A DNA stretch of 64,000 nt, from positions 2,944,001 through 3,008,000 of the forward strand of contig OY969585.1 of NCBI GenBank assembly GCA_963701295.1, in the 5' to 3' direction. Position 1 is the stretch's first letter. Each line of letters starts with the position of its first letter. Below, one piece after another: positions 63,475 through 64,000 of the stretch. The notes beneath the pieces are model-generated. The model was not told the DNA's origin, made no database searches, and worked only from the letters and a program-made list of their open reading frames with translations. The stretch comes from Ignavibacteriota bacterium. Lineage in GTDB: Bacteria > Bacteroidota > Ignavibacteria > UBA10030. A program made the position numbers and the translations under genes.

Positions 63475-64000
63475 TTACATCATTGCTGTTGGAGGTGCAG
63501 GTTCGTCTGCCCTTCCTGCTTTCGATAATGGAATATAGATTAAATATAAGGCAAGGATCACAAAAATCGGAATCGCCAGCCACGATGCAATTGATTCAAA
63601 TCCTTCTAATGTCCAGAATTCCGGCTTGCCGCTCATTCGATCCCGAACAAACACAACAGTAGCGATGAACAATCCCATCAATGCCTCTCCTGCAATTAAT
63701 CCAGACGCAGACAAAATTCCGGCGTTCTCGACTCTTGCCTTTTGAGCATCATTATAACCTCGTTGAGAAGCGCGCTTATCGACTAAACCGCGAATTAATC
63801 CGCCGATGAATATTGCAAATGTTGTTTCGAGCGGCAAATACATTCCAACAGAAAATAACATCGGACTTTTTACTTTGATCAAAATTAATGAGATACCCAA
63901 TGCGATTCCAACGAGAACCAACGGCCACGCCATTTCACCACCGACTATTCCTTGCGATAACGCAGCCATTAATCCTGCTTGAGGTGCGGGAAGTTTTGAA
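63475..64000 (-). CDS. OPT-family oligopeptide transporter (3' part)
   Basis: PAPQAGLMA, VGMYLP and ASGLIAGEALMG; 5' end lies outside the window. Confidence 0.92.
   Translation of the reverse strand, partial: SKLPAPQAGLMAALSQGIVGGEMAWPLVLVGIALGISLILIKVKSPMLFSVGMYLPLETTFAIFIGGLIRGLVDKRASQRGYNDAQKARVENAGILSASGLIAGEALMGLFIATVVFVRDRMSGKPEFWTLEGFESIASWLAIPIFVILALYLIYIPLSKAGRADEPAPPTAMM

Overview
This is a 64-kb bacterial chromosomal segment, most consistent with an Ignavibacteriota-like FCB-group organism (PorU/PorV, type-A T9SS C-terminal domains, AGGAG-type ribosome-binding sites). From left to right it holds: (1) a visibly AT-rich Wzx/Wzy polysaccharide cassette (1-9.7 kb) with four SAM methyltransferases and GT2/GT4/GT9 enzymes; (2) a junction zone (9.8-13.3 kb) with an MNT-HEPN toxin-antitoxin pair, wzz, a four-helix-bundle (IVP/Avd-like) gene, a decayed second wzz and at least seven 7-bp-period repeat tracts; (3) a SLBB/Wza export gene and a HIT gene; (4) a porU-porV T9SS cluster with a structured leader, an M6-like protein lacking HExxH and a zincin-propeller-barrel protein; (5) housekeeping genes glgA, rpiB, glyA, tatC and a polyprenyl synthase; (6) a candidate ceramide cluster (spt, frameshifted GNAT/bCerS-like, reductase) next to ilvE; (7) a fluoride riboswitch-crcB-DUF190 operon extended by enolase, with a leftover DUF190 3' end; (8) pit, purE, sua5, an FeS oxidoreductase, phzF, yjbQ, gpx, pspC and arfB; and (9) a peptide-use region (pepC, MFSD1-like MFS, frameshifted pepD, PqqD/RRE, OPT). 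The best candidate for an undescribed system is the heptamer architecture: inverted 7-mer arrays, carrying stop codons in all frames on the upstream arm, enclose the four-helix-bundle gene like an rRNA intervening sequence, and related tracts mark the gene junctions of the variable polysaccharide locus. All family assignments come from motif recognition by eye; no searches were run. No rRNA, tRNA, CRISPR array or intact transposase was seen.
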